From Candidatus Brocadiia bacterium (lineage in GTDB: Bacteria > Planctomycetota > Brocadiia > SM23-32), in the NCBI GenBank assembly GCA_046538485.1, contig JBKHIT010000001.1, positions 138,261-202,260 of the forward strand: a stretch of 64,000 bases of DNA. Reading direction: 5' to 3'. The notes below the pieces were generated by a model, which was given only the letters and a program-made list of their open reading frames with translations, did no database searches and was not told where the DNA came from. Below are positions 26,799 to 37,351 of this stretch, one piece after another (within the stretch, counting starts at the first letter, position 1; every line of letters starts with the position of its first letter). The translations under genes and the position numbers were made by a program.

Positions 26799-29317
26799 TG
26801 TATCGATTACTTATTGTTTCATTATTTTGTTCCGTCCTGCTGGTCGGCGAAGCCGCCGCGGATATGACACTGGTGGATAAAAATACGGCGCCCTGTTCCG
26901 TGTTCATTCCCGACGGGTGCAGCAAAATAGAGCGGCTTGCCGGTACAGAACTGGCCAGGTATCTGAGCGAAATCTCAGGTCGAAAGTTTGAACTGAAGGC
27001 CGTCGCAAAACCACCGACCCGCCGCGTTATTCTTGTGGGAAATTTTGATCGCTCATACGCAAAGGGGCTTGGGTTTGACGGCTATGCCCTCCGCACCGAG
27101 AAAGACCGGCTCATTATCTGCGGCGTCCATTCGATGGGAACAATTTACGGCGTATATGGATTCCTGGAAGACATACTCGGCTGCCGCTGGTGGTCGCACA
27201 ACGAAGAGTTCGTACCGAGCAAGCAAACGATCCGTGTGCCCGAACTCGATGTGCGATGCGATCCCCCCTTCACAATGCACCACCTCTACAATCGGGAGGC
27301 TCAGAACAGGCGCAATAATTTCCGCTACAAATCGCGAAGCACAGGGGCGGAATATTTCACCAGCGGCCACAGCCTCTATCCTCTTCTGAAAGATTACGCC
27401 AAAGAACATCCTGAGATATACCCCATGAATAAAAAAGGCGAGCGCAAGGCCAACAATCTTCATTTTTGCTACCTCGCCCCCGGCATCGCCCAAGCTCTGG
27501 CCGATGCTCTCGGCAAACACGTGGAGAGGCGGAAAGGCGAAGTAACGCATGCCATCTATTTCGCCGGCATGGGTGACTGGTACGGCGGGATGTGCCAGTG
27601 CGAAAAATGCAAAAAAGTCTATAAAGAAGAAACCTGGACCGATCCTGACGGTAGAAAGAAACCGGGATATACGGCGACACTTCTGCGCATGATGAACCGT
27701 ACCGGTGAAATGCTGGATGAAAAATACCCGGGCATTCGAGTCGGCACGTTTGCGTACATGAGCCTGGAAGCGCCTCCGGCAAAAACCCGACCCGCTGAGA
27801 ACGTGACGATACGGGTTCCCCGCCTCCGCCACTGCAGCGTTCACTCGGCCCGGACATGTCCCAGAAACCGCAGTTATCTGCGCAATCTCGAGCGTTGGTG
27901 CGAGATAACACCGGCCGGAGTGTACGTCTGGGAATACGGCGCAAACTTCAAAAACTTCATATTTCCCTGGCCCTGTATCCACTCGATTGCCGATAACATT
28001 CGTCTCTACAACCAGATGGGTATCCGGGGCGTAATGGTCCAGGGCAACTACGTGACGACCGGCAGCGACCTGGTCGTTCTTAAAAATTACGTGTGGCGTC
28101 GGCTTATATGGAATCCAAAACTGAAAACCGATCAGCTCATTCGCGAATTTTGTGACGGCTATTATGGCCCCGCGGCGGATGAAATGTATGACTACGTCCA
28201 ATCGTTGGAAAACTCCGTGCGTGAACCCAAGATGGTCCATGCCAACGAATTTGCAAAACCGCCTTATCTCAGCGAAGAATCCCGGCAGAAACTCAGCAAT
28301 CTTCGTGCAAAAGCGATAAAGGCATCCGGCGGCAAATCCCCCTACGAACGACGTGTCCGGGAAGGTACCGTCGGTATCGAGGCATTGCTCCTTTTTAACC
28401 CCGGTCCTCTTCAGAATAAGGACGGCAAACTTGTCGGCAAACACATCGGTGAATATACCTATCCGCGCGCTCGTGATGTGGTTTCCCACGTTCGCAACTC
28501 CGGATTCAATGAATGGACGAATGGAAAATCCAATTGGACGGGATTCCTTCTCTCACACGGCGGCCCCCTGCACACACTTGCTGCGGGTGAAACAAAAGTA
28601 AAGATCGCGCCTCTGCTCCAGGGGCAGATACGGCAGATAAATTACCGGGGCAAATCGTTGCTGGTCCCCGGTTCCGATCCAGAAAAACGATGGCATCCCG
28701 CCAGTGGGGGAAGTATAGCTGATATCGGAAATATCCTCTGGAGTACAGCGGACAAGGCTGATCCCAGAGCACTGACCCTGCACGATGCCTTTCATATACC
28801 GGGTTGGCGTTTCAGCAGCAAAGCGACGGCCCAAAAAAGAATAGAACTTGGCCAAAAAGGTCAAACCATCCGTGTGCTGATTCAGAAAACTCGTGGGAAA
28901 CCTGCCGCCGTCAATATCTCCACCACCTATCGGCTCGCCGGCAAAAAACCGTCAAATATTTGGTTTAAACGTGCCGACACCGACTGGAGGAGTTTATCCT
29001 TGAAAGCAGGACAAGCCCAGGCAGGAATTGACCAGATGCAGGCCTTCAAAATTGAACTTCCCCAACAGAACTGTGCCGCGGTCGACACCTATTCGTCCCC
29101 ACCGGGCAAGGTGGCACGTATCGTACACGACAGAGAAAAAGGCACGCTTACAACCGTCGTCGCAACAGATCCCATCGGGAAATGGACAGGGGAAAAACAG
29201 TCACTCACCGATATGGAGATGCTGATGCAACTGGAAGAACCGGCGAGATCCACCACCTCCAAAAATAAACCGCCCCTCCTGCGGAAACTGGAAATTATCC
29301 CTCTTTCCTCCGAATAA
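26798..29317 (+). CDS. Secreted DUF4838-like protein (GH20/GH67-like N-terminal domain)
   Basis: Signal peptide; ELARYLSEISG, GTIYGVYGFLEDILGCRW, CQCEKC, FAY and YYGPAA motifs; TAATG overlap with the upstream gene. Confidence 0.75.
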   Translation: MYRLLIVSLFCSVLLVGEAAADMTLVDKNTAPCSVFIPDGCSKIERLAGTELARYLSEISGRKFELKAVAKPPTRRVILVGNFDRSYAKGLGFDGYALRTEKDRLIICGVHSMGTIYGVYGFLEDILGCRWWSHNEEFVPSKQTIRVPELDVRCDPPFTMHHLYNREAQNRRNNFRYKSRSTGAEYFTSGHSLYPLLKDYAKEHPEIYPMNKKGERKANNLHFCYLAPGIAQALADALGKHVERRKGEVTHAIYFAGMGDWYGGMCQCEKCKKVYKEETWTDPDGRKKPGYTATLLRMMNRTGEMLDEKYPGIRVGTFAYMSLEAPPAKTRPAENVTIRVPRLRHCSVHSARTCPRNRSYLRNLERWCEITPAGVYVWEYGANFKNFIFPWPCIHSIADNIRLYNQMGIRGVMVQGNYVTTGSDLVVLKNYVWRRLIWNPKLKTDQLIREFCDGYYGPAADEMYDYVQSLENSVREPKMVHANEFAKPPYLSEESRQKLSNLRAKAIKASGGKSPYERRVREGTVGIEALLLFNPGPLQNKDGKLVGKHIGEYTYPRARDVVSHVRNSGFNEWTNGKSNWTGFLLSHGGPLHTLAAGETKVKIAPLLQGQIRQINYRGKSLLVPGSDPEKRWHPASGGSIADIGNILWSTADKADPRALTLHDAFHIPGWRFSSKATAQKRIELGQKGQTIRVLIQKTRGKPAAVNISTTYRLAGKKPSNIWFKRADTDWRSLSLKAGQAQAGIDQMQAFKIELPQQNCAAVDTYSSPPGKVARIVHDREKGTLTTVVATDPIGKWTGEKQSLTDMEMLMQLEEPARSTTSKNKPPLLRKLEIIPLSSE

Positions 29318-29346
29318 GCGCCTCAGTAGAAAGGCGGATTGCCCTC

Positions 29347-32300
29347 ATGAAAAGGGTGCTGTGGCCGACCTTAACTTTACTCCTGGCCGTTCTTTTGGCC
29401 CCTCCGGCCTCAGCTGCCGAATTGATCACTCTTTCCCCGGAAAATTACGACGAATATCGACCCGATGGGAAAGAAGCGGAAGGGATATTCGGCGATTACG
29501 TGCTGCGCAATGATCACCTCGTGGCTGTGATAGGAAATCCCGATCTTGTTTCCGGACGAAGTTCCGGACGGTGGGGAAAACACCAGGTTAAGGGAGCCCT
29601 TCTGGACCTCACCTCGCGCTCTTCTAACAACGATCAGCTCAACGCTTTCTGGCCCGGACCCCTCGTGCACCGTCCTGACGCGCCACAGAAACAGAAACAT
29701 TTCCCTGACGAAGCGCTTACCTGGAAACGCCCCGGTCGTGAGCCAAAAATGGGTAAGCGCGTGACCCTGGAAATCCCGCCCTACGAGATAGAAAGCGGCA
29801 AATTTCTTAAGGACCTTGCCGAGCTTCCTGCCAGCCGTCGTCCAAAGACGAGAATTTATGTCAAGCTGAATTACACGCTGGCCGACGGATGGGATCACCT
29901 GCTGGTGGAAGCGCTCTACAAGAACCCCACCAAAAAGGCCGTCCGACTCCAACCCGCAGCTATGCTCCGCGTGGACGGAACGTGGAAGTCCAATTTGGCT
30001 CTCAGCGGACGTTTTTTCTGGACGTACAATAAATGGTGGCAACAAGCATACGGCATCCTTGCCGATGGGCATCTCCTCCAGCTTCAGAAAGGCGGGCGTG
30101 AGTACCGATTACGCTATACTGCTGCGGAAGGCGACAAAACCGCCATTCCGCCCGGAGGCCAGCTCCGCGTCGTGCGCAAGCTCTTTGCCGGCCAGAATCT
30201 GTTTGAAATCAAATCGGCGGCGGCCCGGCGGCTCGGTCGCCCCCTGCGGAACGTCTCGGTCTCAGTAAAAGACGCAAACGGCCCTGTGGCTCGGGCTGAC
30301 ATAACCGCGCTTATAGATAGCCAATCGTATGCCTCTGGCAGGACCGGCAGGGGTGGCAAACTCAAGATCAACTTGCCCACGGAACGCTGTGTTCTGCAGA
30401 TCAAAGCCATCGGAAGACCTGCAAAGACAATAACGCTTCCGGCGAAAGGCCCTCAAAAGGTATCGATCAAACTTGCCCCACCGTCATATATCGCCGCCGA
30501 AATAAGCGATCCCGATGGCAAACCAATTCCCTGCAAAGTCCAGTTCCTGGGCAAAGACGGCACACCTGATCCTTTCTTTTTCCCAAAAACAGGAGCCCGT
30601 CTGGTTCGCAATACTGTCTACTCGCGAACGGGACGTTTTCGGCAGGCAATTGCGCCTGGCAATTACCGGGTTCTCGTCACGCACGGTCCGGAATACAACG
30701 TGATTGCCCGGGATCTTGCACCTGGCCGCGGGAAAACAAAAGTCCTGAAAGGAACCCTTACTCGCACCGTAGACACCACAGGATGGATCAGTGCGGATTT
30801 TCATAACCATTCCACGGTCAGCGCCGAGACAAATCTTTTTTATGTCTATCCTTACAGCTGGAATCCGGGCGTCGATGGTGATTCCAGTGCCAGTCAGAGG
30901 GGCCGCGTCCTGAATCTGCTGTGCGAAGGAATTGAATTTGCACCTCCGACCGAGCACAACACCGTCTCCAGTTACGCACCGCACCTCAAAGCCCTCGCGG
31001 CCGAGAATCTGCTGGCCACATGTCCCGGAATCGGTCTTTCGGCCGGAAGACGCCATACACTCACACACCAGAACGCTTTCCCTGTCCCTTACCAACCTGG
31101 GCGACAGGATGGAGGCGCGATTCAGCGTCCCGAACACTGCAGACAGATCACCTGGCTGCGGGATTGGCCCGGTGGGAACGACATGCTGATCCAGGTCAAC
31201 GTCCCCCGCGGGGAAAAAGTGAAAGTCCGCCGGGAAATGGATGTGCTGGATGTGGAAAATCTCGCCCCCCTGTTCGTCGAAAAGATCAATCCGAAGGATC
31301 AGAACCGCATACTCGAGTGGATCGATATCCTTAATAAGGGCTATCGCCTGCCCGGAGTCGTCGGCAGCGGAGCCTTTGACAATTACCACGGCTCCGGCGG
31401 CGTGCGCAATTACGTGAAAAGCCCGACCGACGATCCGGCGCAAATCAAATCATCGGATATCGTATCGGCAGCGCGCAGAGGAAATCTCATCATGACAACC
31501 GGGCCGTTCATCACCGCGGAAGCCAAAGCGACTGCCAATGGCAAAAACACCAGTGCACCCATAGGCGGGGGATTGAGCTCGGATGATGGGAATGTTCAAC
31601 TCCACGTTAAAGTGCAGGCCCCCAAACGCATTAAAATCGATCGTGTTATGATCCTTGCCAACGGGAAAAAGCGGTCTGATCTCGGTTTTCGGCACGACGG
31701 GTCAGACAAGAGTTTCCACGAAGGATCCCCCCCTTTTAAAAGAACTCTGAAGCTTGATCTGGAAGGTAACGCACACATCATCGTCGCCGTCCAGGGAAAC
31801 GGTCCAAATCTCCGACGTCGTTCGGCTGATGGACCTGAGACGATGAACCATTACGCCGTTGCCAACCCGATTTATGTGGATGTCGGCGGGGATGGTTTTC
31901 AGCCCCACTCTCCTTTCAACGATAAATGCAGGTGCGTTTTGAGCTGGCGCCGGAAACCTCTCGCCAAAGAAGAGGCAAAACCCGGGATCGTGCGTGCCAC
32001 GATATGGAACCGGGGCAAGAAAGTTAATCGGGACACCATTTCCCTCCAATCCGAACCTCCCGATTGCATAGAAGTACTGGGAGAAAAACAAAAACGTTAC
32101 ACCGTCGGTCCGGGAGGCGAAGCAAATGTGGATTTTCACGTCAGGTTCACGGACGAATGGTTGAAGAAAGGCATGCCTGCCATCACTTACAGTTACATTT
32201 TCCATCGAAACCCCCGGATTCGTGTGCCCCGGTCGCCGGTCGGAGAGGGTCGTAAGGCAGCCGCACTCAGGATCAAGTGCAACCACCACGCCGAACAACT

Positions 32301-33726
32301 TCCGCCGGTCCGCTCTGTCGAAGAAATACCAAAGATCCTGAAAGATCAAATCCAATATCCGCTCTGGCGACGGAATCAGCGGTTCGGAACGGTGCGTTTT
32401 GCCATCGCCGGTGAGAAACTTGCCCTGCACGCCAATATTCAGGACGTCTCGCCTCAAAGACACAACAAGGTCAGAGAAAGCTCCAGTGTGGAAGTATTTG
32501 CCGCCGAACGGGGCAAACCCATCGGGCAGATTTTTCTGCTACCGAAAATCGGCGACCAGGCAGCTGAAGCTCGGCAGCAGGTGAATGGCAAAGTGGTTCC
32601 CGCCCCCGGTGTCAAACTCCATTCCACCCCGACACAGCAAGGTTACGAACTTGTTGGGGTTATCCCGTTTTCCGTGCTGCCGATCGACCCGGCCGATCGC
32701 GTCATGATGATGGAATTTCGTGTTCGCACGCATCGCCGCAAAGGGACTCTCAGGCACGGAACAGTTTTCCAGAGCGGTGCTCCCGACCGTGATTACCTTC
32801 AGTTTGGCACTATCCGTGTTGCTGACAGAGTTAACGCAGGAATAAATGTGCTAAATCCGCCTCATGCGAACCGCAAAGGTCGCCCCGGCAAAATGCGGAT
32901 CACTCTTCAGAACCGGAGTGATAAGCAGGCCAGTGACGAACTGACGCTCGGCGCGCTGCCGGAGGGAGCGATTGAGATAATCGGCGAAAAAGTCCGTCAT
33001 TACACAGTGGGACCCGGAGCCCGGACGGATATTGAATTCGATTTTTGGATAGCTGACGATTTTTCCGGTAATTGCTTCGAGCTTCATATTCCCCGGTCGC
33101 CCCGATACGAAATTGTGAGGTCACCACGGCTTAAACTCGCCGCGCTTGCACAGAAACCGATCAGACTGACATCCGTGCCGGATCTTGGCGACGTTTCTGA
33201 AACGCTTGCCGGGTATTACCAGTACAAAATACGCTCAGGAAGCGGGCATGAAATGGCCCGTTTGCGTTTCGCCGTCGTCTCCGATCAACTGGTTTTGCAT
33301 GCCCGAGTCGAAGATCCCAAAATCCGTCGCCATAAAACCGTGTGGAAGGGATCATGCCTTGAAGCGTTCGGAGCCTTACCCGACGAAGACAAAATCGGCC
33401 AAGTGTTTCTGGCTCCTGCTTCCGGGAAAACAGAGGCGGCCGGATTTCAGGCCACGAAACTCGGGATCGTCGCGGCCGAGGAAATAACCGTTGAGACACG
33501 CCCGACGGAAAAGGGATATGAGCTTGCGGCTTTGATTCCACTCCGCATGTTGGCTCTGGACAGTGCAAAAGATGCGGTACGATGCGAGTTTCAGCTGACT
33601 GTCTCCCGCGATTCCAGAGGCAAGGACGTCCTTCGGAGCACTCTTTTCGGCAGCAAACTGGCCTACAACAACACGTCCGAGTATGCTCTTGTGTTCATTG
33701 GCAAGCCCCGCCCCGAAAAAGATTAA
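29347..33726 (+). CDS. Secreted CehA/McbA-like PHP metallohydrolase with tandem Ig-like + CBM9-like C-terminal repeats
   Basis: Signal peptide; GDYVLRND, GWISADFHNHS, TEHN, TTGPF and NPIYVDV.GDGF motifs; duplicated C-terminal modules. Confidence 0.75.
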   Translation: MKRVLWPTLTLLLAVLLAPPASAAELITLSPENYDEYRPDGKEAEGIFGDYVLRNDHLVAVIGNPDLVSGRSSGRWGKHQVKGALLDLTSRSSNNDQLNAFWPGPLVHRPDAPQKQKHFPDEALTWKRPGREPKMGKRVTLEIPPYEIESGKFLKDLAELPASRRPKTRIYVKLNYTLADGWDHLLVEALYKNPTKKAVRLQPAAMLRVDGTWKSNLALSGRFFWTYNKWWQQAYGILADGHLLQLQKGGREYRLRYTAAEGDKTAIPPGGQLRVVRKLFAGQNLFEIKSAAARRLGRPLRNVSVSVKDANGPVARADITALIDSQSYASGRTGRGGKLKINLPTERCVLQIKAIGRPAKTITLPAKGPQKVSIKLAPPSYIAAEISDPDGKPIPCKVQFLGKDGTPDPFFFPKTGARLVRNTVYSRTGRFRQAIAPGNYRVLVTHGPEYNVIARDLAPGRGKTKVLKGTLTRTVDTTGWISADFHNHSTVSAETNLFYVYPYSWNPGVDGDSSASQRGRVLNLLCEGIEFAPPTEHNTVSSYAPHLKALAAENLLATCPGIGLSAGRRHTLTHQNAFPVPYQPGRQDGGAIQRPEHCRQITWLRDWPGGNDMLIQVNVPRGEKVKVRREMDVLDVENLAPLFVEKINPKDQNRILEWIDILNKGYRLPGVVGSGAFDNYHGSGGVRNYVKSPTDDPAQIKSSDIVSAARRGNLIMTTGPFITAEAKATANGKNTSAPIGGGLSSDDGNVQLHVKVQAPKRIKIDRVMILANGKKRSDLGFRHDGSDKSFHEGSPPFKRTLKLDLEGNAHIIVAVQGNGPNLRRRSADGPETMNHYAVANPIYVDVGGDGFQPHSPFNDKCRCVLSWRRKPLAKEEAKPGIVRATIWNRGKKVNRDTISLQSEPPDCIEVLGEKQKRYTVGPGGEANVDFHVRFTDEWLKKGMPAITYSYIFHRNPRIRVPRSPVGEGRKAAALRIKCNHHAEQLPPVRSVEEIPKILKDQIQYPLWRRNQRFGTVRFAIAGEKLALHANIQDVSPQRHNKVRESSSVEVFAAERGKPIGQIFLLPKIGDQAAEARQQVNGKVVPAPGVKLHSTPTQQGYELVGVIPFSVLPIDPADRVMMMEFRVRTHRRKGTLRHGTVFQSGAPDRDYLQFGTIRVADRVNAGINVLNPPHANRKGRPGKMRITLQNRSDKQASDELTLGALPEGAIEIIGEKVRHYTVGPGARTDIEFDFWIADDFSGNCFELHIPRSPRYEIVRSPRLKLAALAQKPIRLTSVPDLGDVSETLAGYYQYKIRSGSGHEMARLRFAVVSDQLVLHARVEDPKIRRHKTVWKGSCLEAFGALPDEDKIGQVFLAPASGKTEAAGFQATKLGIVAAEEITVETRPTEKGYELAALIPLRMLALDSAKDAVRCEFQLTVSRDSRGKDVLRSTLFGSKLAYNNTSEYALVFIGKPRPEKD

Positions 33727-33730
33727 GCCG

Positions 33731-34600
33731 TTACGGATGGTTTGGCTTGCCCCAGAAATACCATGTACGGCTGGGATATTGCATTGTCCAGCCCTCACCG
33801 GAAACGGTGCGTTCAGTGGCGCGGTTACGCAGATCGGCAGATTTTTTGCCGCCATCTGTCCAGTCGTACCACCGAGCCGAACCGTCGGTCCAGAGATAAT
33901 TTCCCCCCGCGGGTGTGACGGGATAGCTGGTTTTTGCTGCATCTGCTCCGCCGTTTTTCGGATGAGCCTGCACGCACCGGTAATCCCTGAAATTCCTGAT
34001 CACATCGCCTATGAGCGGTGCTATATCCCGCATGCGCCAGGTAAGCCCGTAGTATTTCCTTATTCCCGACCATTTGTTCGCAGCCCAGGGATTTTTCAGG
34101 GGGAAGAAGTAATTATAGTAGGCATAATCCGTGTCGTCCGTCGGTTCCCTCACCGCCGGATACCACGAATGACGGACCATGATGTGGAAAGCCGCCGGCC
34201 AGTTGTAGCCCCAGTAGAAATATCTGTTGTAATCCACCCTCGGCGTCCAGCCCAATGACGAACCGGGCTGAACGTGCGGATCGCGCAAGAGACCTGGACA
34301 CCAGCGAATGTCATCGGGCCAATAATCGAAAAAGGAACCGTAGTCCGAGGTGTAGGGGCTGGCACACATCCCTGTCCGGAATGCCGGGAGCGCGCCGTCG
34401 TGATCGTTCATGAATAGATGCGCGGCAACTCCGCAATCGTGCAGATTGGACAGACAGGAGATACGCAGCGCCCTCTCGCGCGCACTTTCAAGCGCAGGCA
34501 TCAGCATCGCCGCCAGGATCGCAATGATGGCGATCACAACAAGCAACTCGATAAGAGTAAAACCCCGCCGCTGATTTTCTGTCCATCCCATCTTAAACAC
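33731..34600 (-). CDS. Prepilin-type N-terminal cleavage/methylation protein (DUF1559-like)
   Basis: [30 protein letters not shown]....SCLSNL; C-terminal H...[10 protein letters not shown]. Confidence 0.92.
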   Translation of the reverse strand: MFKMGWTENQRRGFTLIELLVVIAIIAILAAMLMPALESARERALRISCLSNLHDCGVAAHLFMNDHDGALPAFRTGMCASPYTSDYGSFFDYWPDDIRWCPGLLRDPHVQPGSSLGWTPRVDYNRYFYWGYNWPAAFHIMVRHSWYPAVREPTDDTDYAYYNYFFPLKNPWAANKWSGIRKYYGLTWRMRDIAPLIGDVIRNFRDYRCVQAHPKNGGADAAKTSYPVTPAGGNYLWTDGSARWYDWTDGGKKSADLRNRATERTVSGEGWTMQYPSRTWYFWGKPNHP

Positions 34601-34660
34601 ACCGAAAAAAGGTCACGCTCACTGAGCTTCATTATACTTCGCCATAGACTATTTTTCCCC

Positions 34661-37009
34661 TTATTTCTTACTCCCTTCCTCAGCAATCTTGTTAAACAAG
34701 AACATCCGCTCGTAAATTCCGTTCGCCCCGAAACAGTCCCGGTTGCAGAAGACGCGCAATGCTATCACGTTCTGCCGGCCGGGTTTGAGCATGCCGCCAA
34801 CGTCCATATCCATGGTGTGCGGCCGGAACCAGGGCGACTTATACGGGCGACGTCCCGCGTACGCCCCATTGACCCAGACCCACGCTTCGTCTATGACGGC
34901 GGGGCACAGAAGCCGCGCCCGTTCGATGTCCGAATTTTTCGGCACATCGACGCGCATCCGGTACCATGCCAGCCCCTTGTAGGGATGTCCCTGTTTGTCC
35001 CGTAAACCTTCCTCCTGCCAGCCGTGGGTAGTGCTGGCGGTTTTCCAATCGCTGTCGTCGTAGTCGGCGCTCTGCCAGCGGGCATAAAAACCTTCATCGT
35101 GGGGATCTGTTCGGAAACGCGCCTCCCGCGGCATGACGGCGATCAGCTTGCCCACCGATCCATCCGTCTTTGCCAGCAGTTTCTCCATCCGTTTTTTCTC
35201 CCAATCCATATCGTAGACAGCATACGGTCGGTACCCCATGAAAGGCGTGATTTTGTTGGCGGCGTTATTGAGTTCCATCATCTCGCCCAGCAGTTCCGCC
35301 GCTTTCCGGTAATCACAACGCTGTTTGGCTTTTTCCATGGCCACATATTTCCGGAGATGGTCGAAAAGTAATCTTTCCAGGCGAACGCGAACTTTCTCCT
35401 TCTTGTTTTTCGCCAGTTTCTCCGCTCTGTCCATCAGCGGAGCAAGTTCGGCCATCAGTTTGTCGCTGTATATCTCCGGTAGAATTACATCCTCGTGCGC
35501 ATGCTGTGGGGCTTCAGCAAACGCCTTTTCCAGCGCCGCGTAATAAGCCTGCATGGGAGCGGCAGCATGTCCAAACCACTTGCCGAAATAATCGTCAAGA
35601 ATAGCGTCGACATCTGCCTTCACATTCCACTCCAGCCGGGCACGGACCACGCGTACAGGCACGCCGCACATTGACCAGTCGGCGTTCCCCTGGTCAAAAA
35701 ATCCGATCGCGCCCCACTCTTTTACCTGTGGGATGTTCGCGCGAATTCGATGGACCATCGGCGTCAGAGTGCCTTTCCCCACGAGCATGGTGTAGTTGTA
35801 ATTATAGATCCAGACCTTATCGCAGATCTCACACCAGCGTTTCAGCATCCGTCCCTGCCGCTGCATCTGCCAGCAGTGCTCGTCGTCGTAGGAATGGATC
35901 GTACAGGCCGGGATGTTTGCAAACATCACCACGAGATTATCGTTCTCGTTAAACCCCTCCAGTTCGGGAGGCACATCCCGATTGGCGTAACCGTTCGTGG
36001 CGATCATGTGGTTCGGGAATTTTTCGTTCACCTCATCAAGGATGCGATCGATAAAATAAAACCACTCCTGACTGATTGATTCTCCCAGCTCGGGATCGCG
36101 GCTATTGCTGCCCATACCGTCAAATCCTGAGTGAAGTTTCATACAATCCTCGCAGTAACACCGCGGGTGGCCATCGTCGGCCCCAATGACAGAAACCCTC
36201 TTGCCGTTTCGGGCGTCGGCTTTCACACGTTTGACGAAATGTTCGATCATCCCCTCGCTGGTCATGCATGGCATGTGGGGATTGCGTTTCCCATTGCGCC
36301 GCAGAGCGAAATACTCGGGGTGTTCCTTGAAAAGGGCCTTCGACAGGTAACGGCGCACTGAACTGTCTCCCGGCACCCCGATCCAGCGAGCGCTGTCGGG
36401 ATTCATCTTGTTGCGGATCTTCCATTCTCGCAGCTTCTTCCCCATATCGCCGCGTCCATGATCCCAGAAATTGCGCACCGGAAACGACGGCCTGTCGATC
36501 AGTTTCATCTCTGGAACTTTCAGCGTGGAGCGTTCGGGAACGACCTCTCCGAATTCTCCGGGTATAAACCATCTCACCCCCAGTCGATGAAGCAACTCGC
36601 AGACGGCATAGCGGGTGCCGAAATACGGTTCCTCATCGTTGCCGGCGAGAACAAGCCGGTTTTTGTCACACCAAATAATGAAACCTTCTTCGCCGAGATC
36701 CCGACTCGAACCGCGCGGGATTTTGAGTCCTTTTATACTCTCGGTGGTTGAACTCCGACCGACCAGAACAAGCCGACCCTTTGGAGCGTTCCCAGCATCC
36801 ACGATGGGCAATTCCGCACCGCTGATCTTTCTGACGTAATATTGTAACTCTTTGGCCGCAGTTTTTGCGTTTTCAGACGGTTTTTCCCCAATGACGAGCG
36901 TCGCCGCCGGTTTACCCTTTTGGGTCAAGACGAATTCGGCCGCGCTACATGGAACAGCAACAAAGCCCAACACCGCCATCACGACAAGGAATGAAGTCCC
37001 TGTTTTCAT
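34661..37009 (-). CDS. Secreted DUF4838-like protein with a C-terminal GH2-type sugar-binding jelly-roll domain
   Basis: Signal peptide from ATG 37009; ELQYYVRKISGAELPI, LGVRWF.PG, HPEYFAL, CYCEDC and YKGLAWYR...VWVNG motifs. Confidence 0.78.
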   Translation of the reverse strand: MKTGTSFLVVMAVLGFVAVPCSAAEFVLTQKGKPAATLVIGEKPSENAKTAAKELQYYVRKISGAELPIVDAGNAPKGRLVLVGRSSTTESIKGLKIPRGSSRDLGEEGFIIWCDKNRLVLAGNDEEPYFGTRYAVCELLHRLGVRWFIPGEFGEVVPERSTLKVPEMKLIDRPSFPVRNFWDHGRGDMGKKLREWKIRNKMNPDSARWIGVPGDSSVRRYLSKALFKEHPEYFALRRNGKRNPHMPCMTSEGMIEHFVKRVKADARNGKRVSVIGADDGHPRCYCEDCMKLHSGFDGMGSNSRDPELGESISQEWFYFIDRILDEVNEKFPNHMIATNGYANRDVPPELEGFNENDNLVVMFANIPACTIHSYDDEHCWQMQRQGRMLKRWCEICDKVWIYNYNYTMLVGKGTLTPMVHRIRANIPQVKEWGAIGFFDQGNADWSMCGVPVRVVRARLEWNVKADVDAILDDYFGKWFGHAAAPMQAYYAALEKAFAEAPQHAHEDVILPEIYSDKLMAELAPLMDRAEKLAKNKKEKVRVRLERLLFDHLRKYVAMEKAKQRCDYRKAAELLGEMMELNNAANKITPFMGYRPYAVYDMDWEKKRMEKLLAKTDGSVGKLIAVMPREARFRTDPHDEGFYARWQSADYDDSDWKTASTTHGWQEEGLRDKQGHPYKGLAWYRMRVDVPKNSDIERARLLCPAVIDEAWVWVNGAYAGRRPYKSPWFRPHTMDMDVGGMLKPGRQNVIALRVFCNRDCFGANGIYERMFLFNKIAEEGSKK

Positions 37010-37184
37010 CGCATAACCTCTCAAAAACAGAATATGGAGCATATCCCGGAACAATGTGAGTAGTAACACACTTTGAAAAGTCTACCGCAAGGCACAACTT
37101 TATCAACCCCGCTGATCCAGCCCGGGAAGGAACAATAGCCTTGCAGCCACCGCACCTATTTAGGCCGGGAATACCGCTTCATGA

Positions 37185-37234
37185 GTCATTGCGAATCCAT
37201 CGCAAGATGGGCGAAGCAATCTCGTCGTTTTTTT
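37185..37234. repeat. Half-copy of the GTCATTGCGA palindromic element
   Basis: GTCATTGCGAATCCATCGCAAGATGGGCGAAGCAATCTCGTCGTTTT closely matches the reverse complement of 23296-23341. Confidence 0.8.
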
Positions 37235-37351
37235 CAAGCCAGCGTGGAGCGCTGGCAGGGTACCATAAACGTCCCGCTTTTGTGACACCAGAGTGCAAGG
37301 GTCAGTTTCAGCGAACAGAACCGGGATTTCGCGTCAACCAGTCCCGCCACT

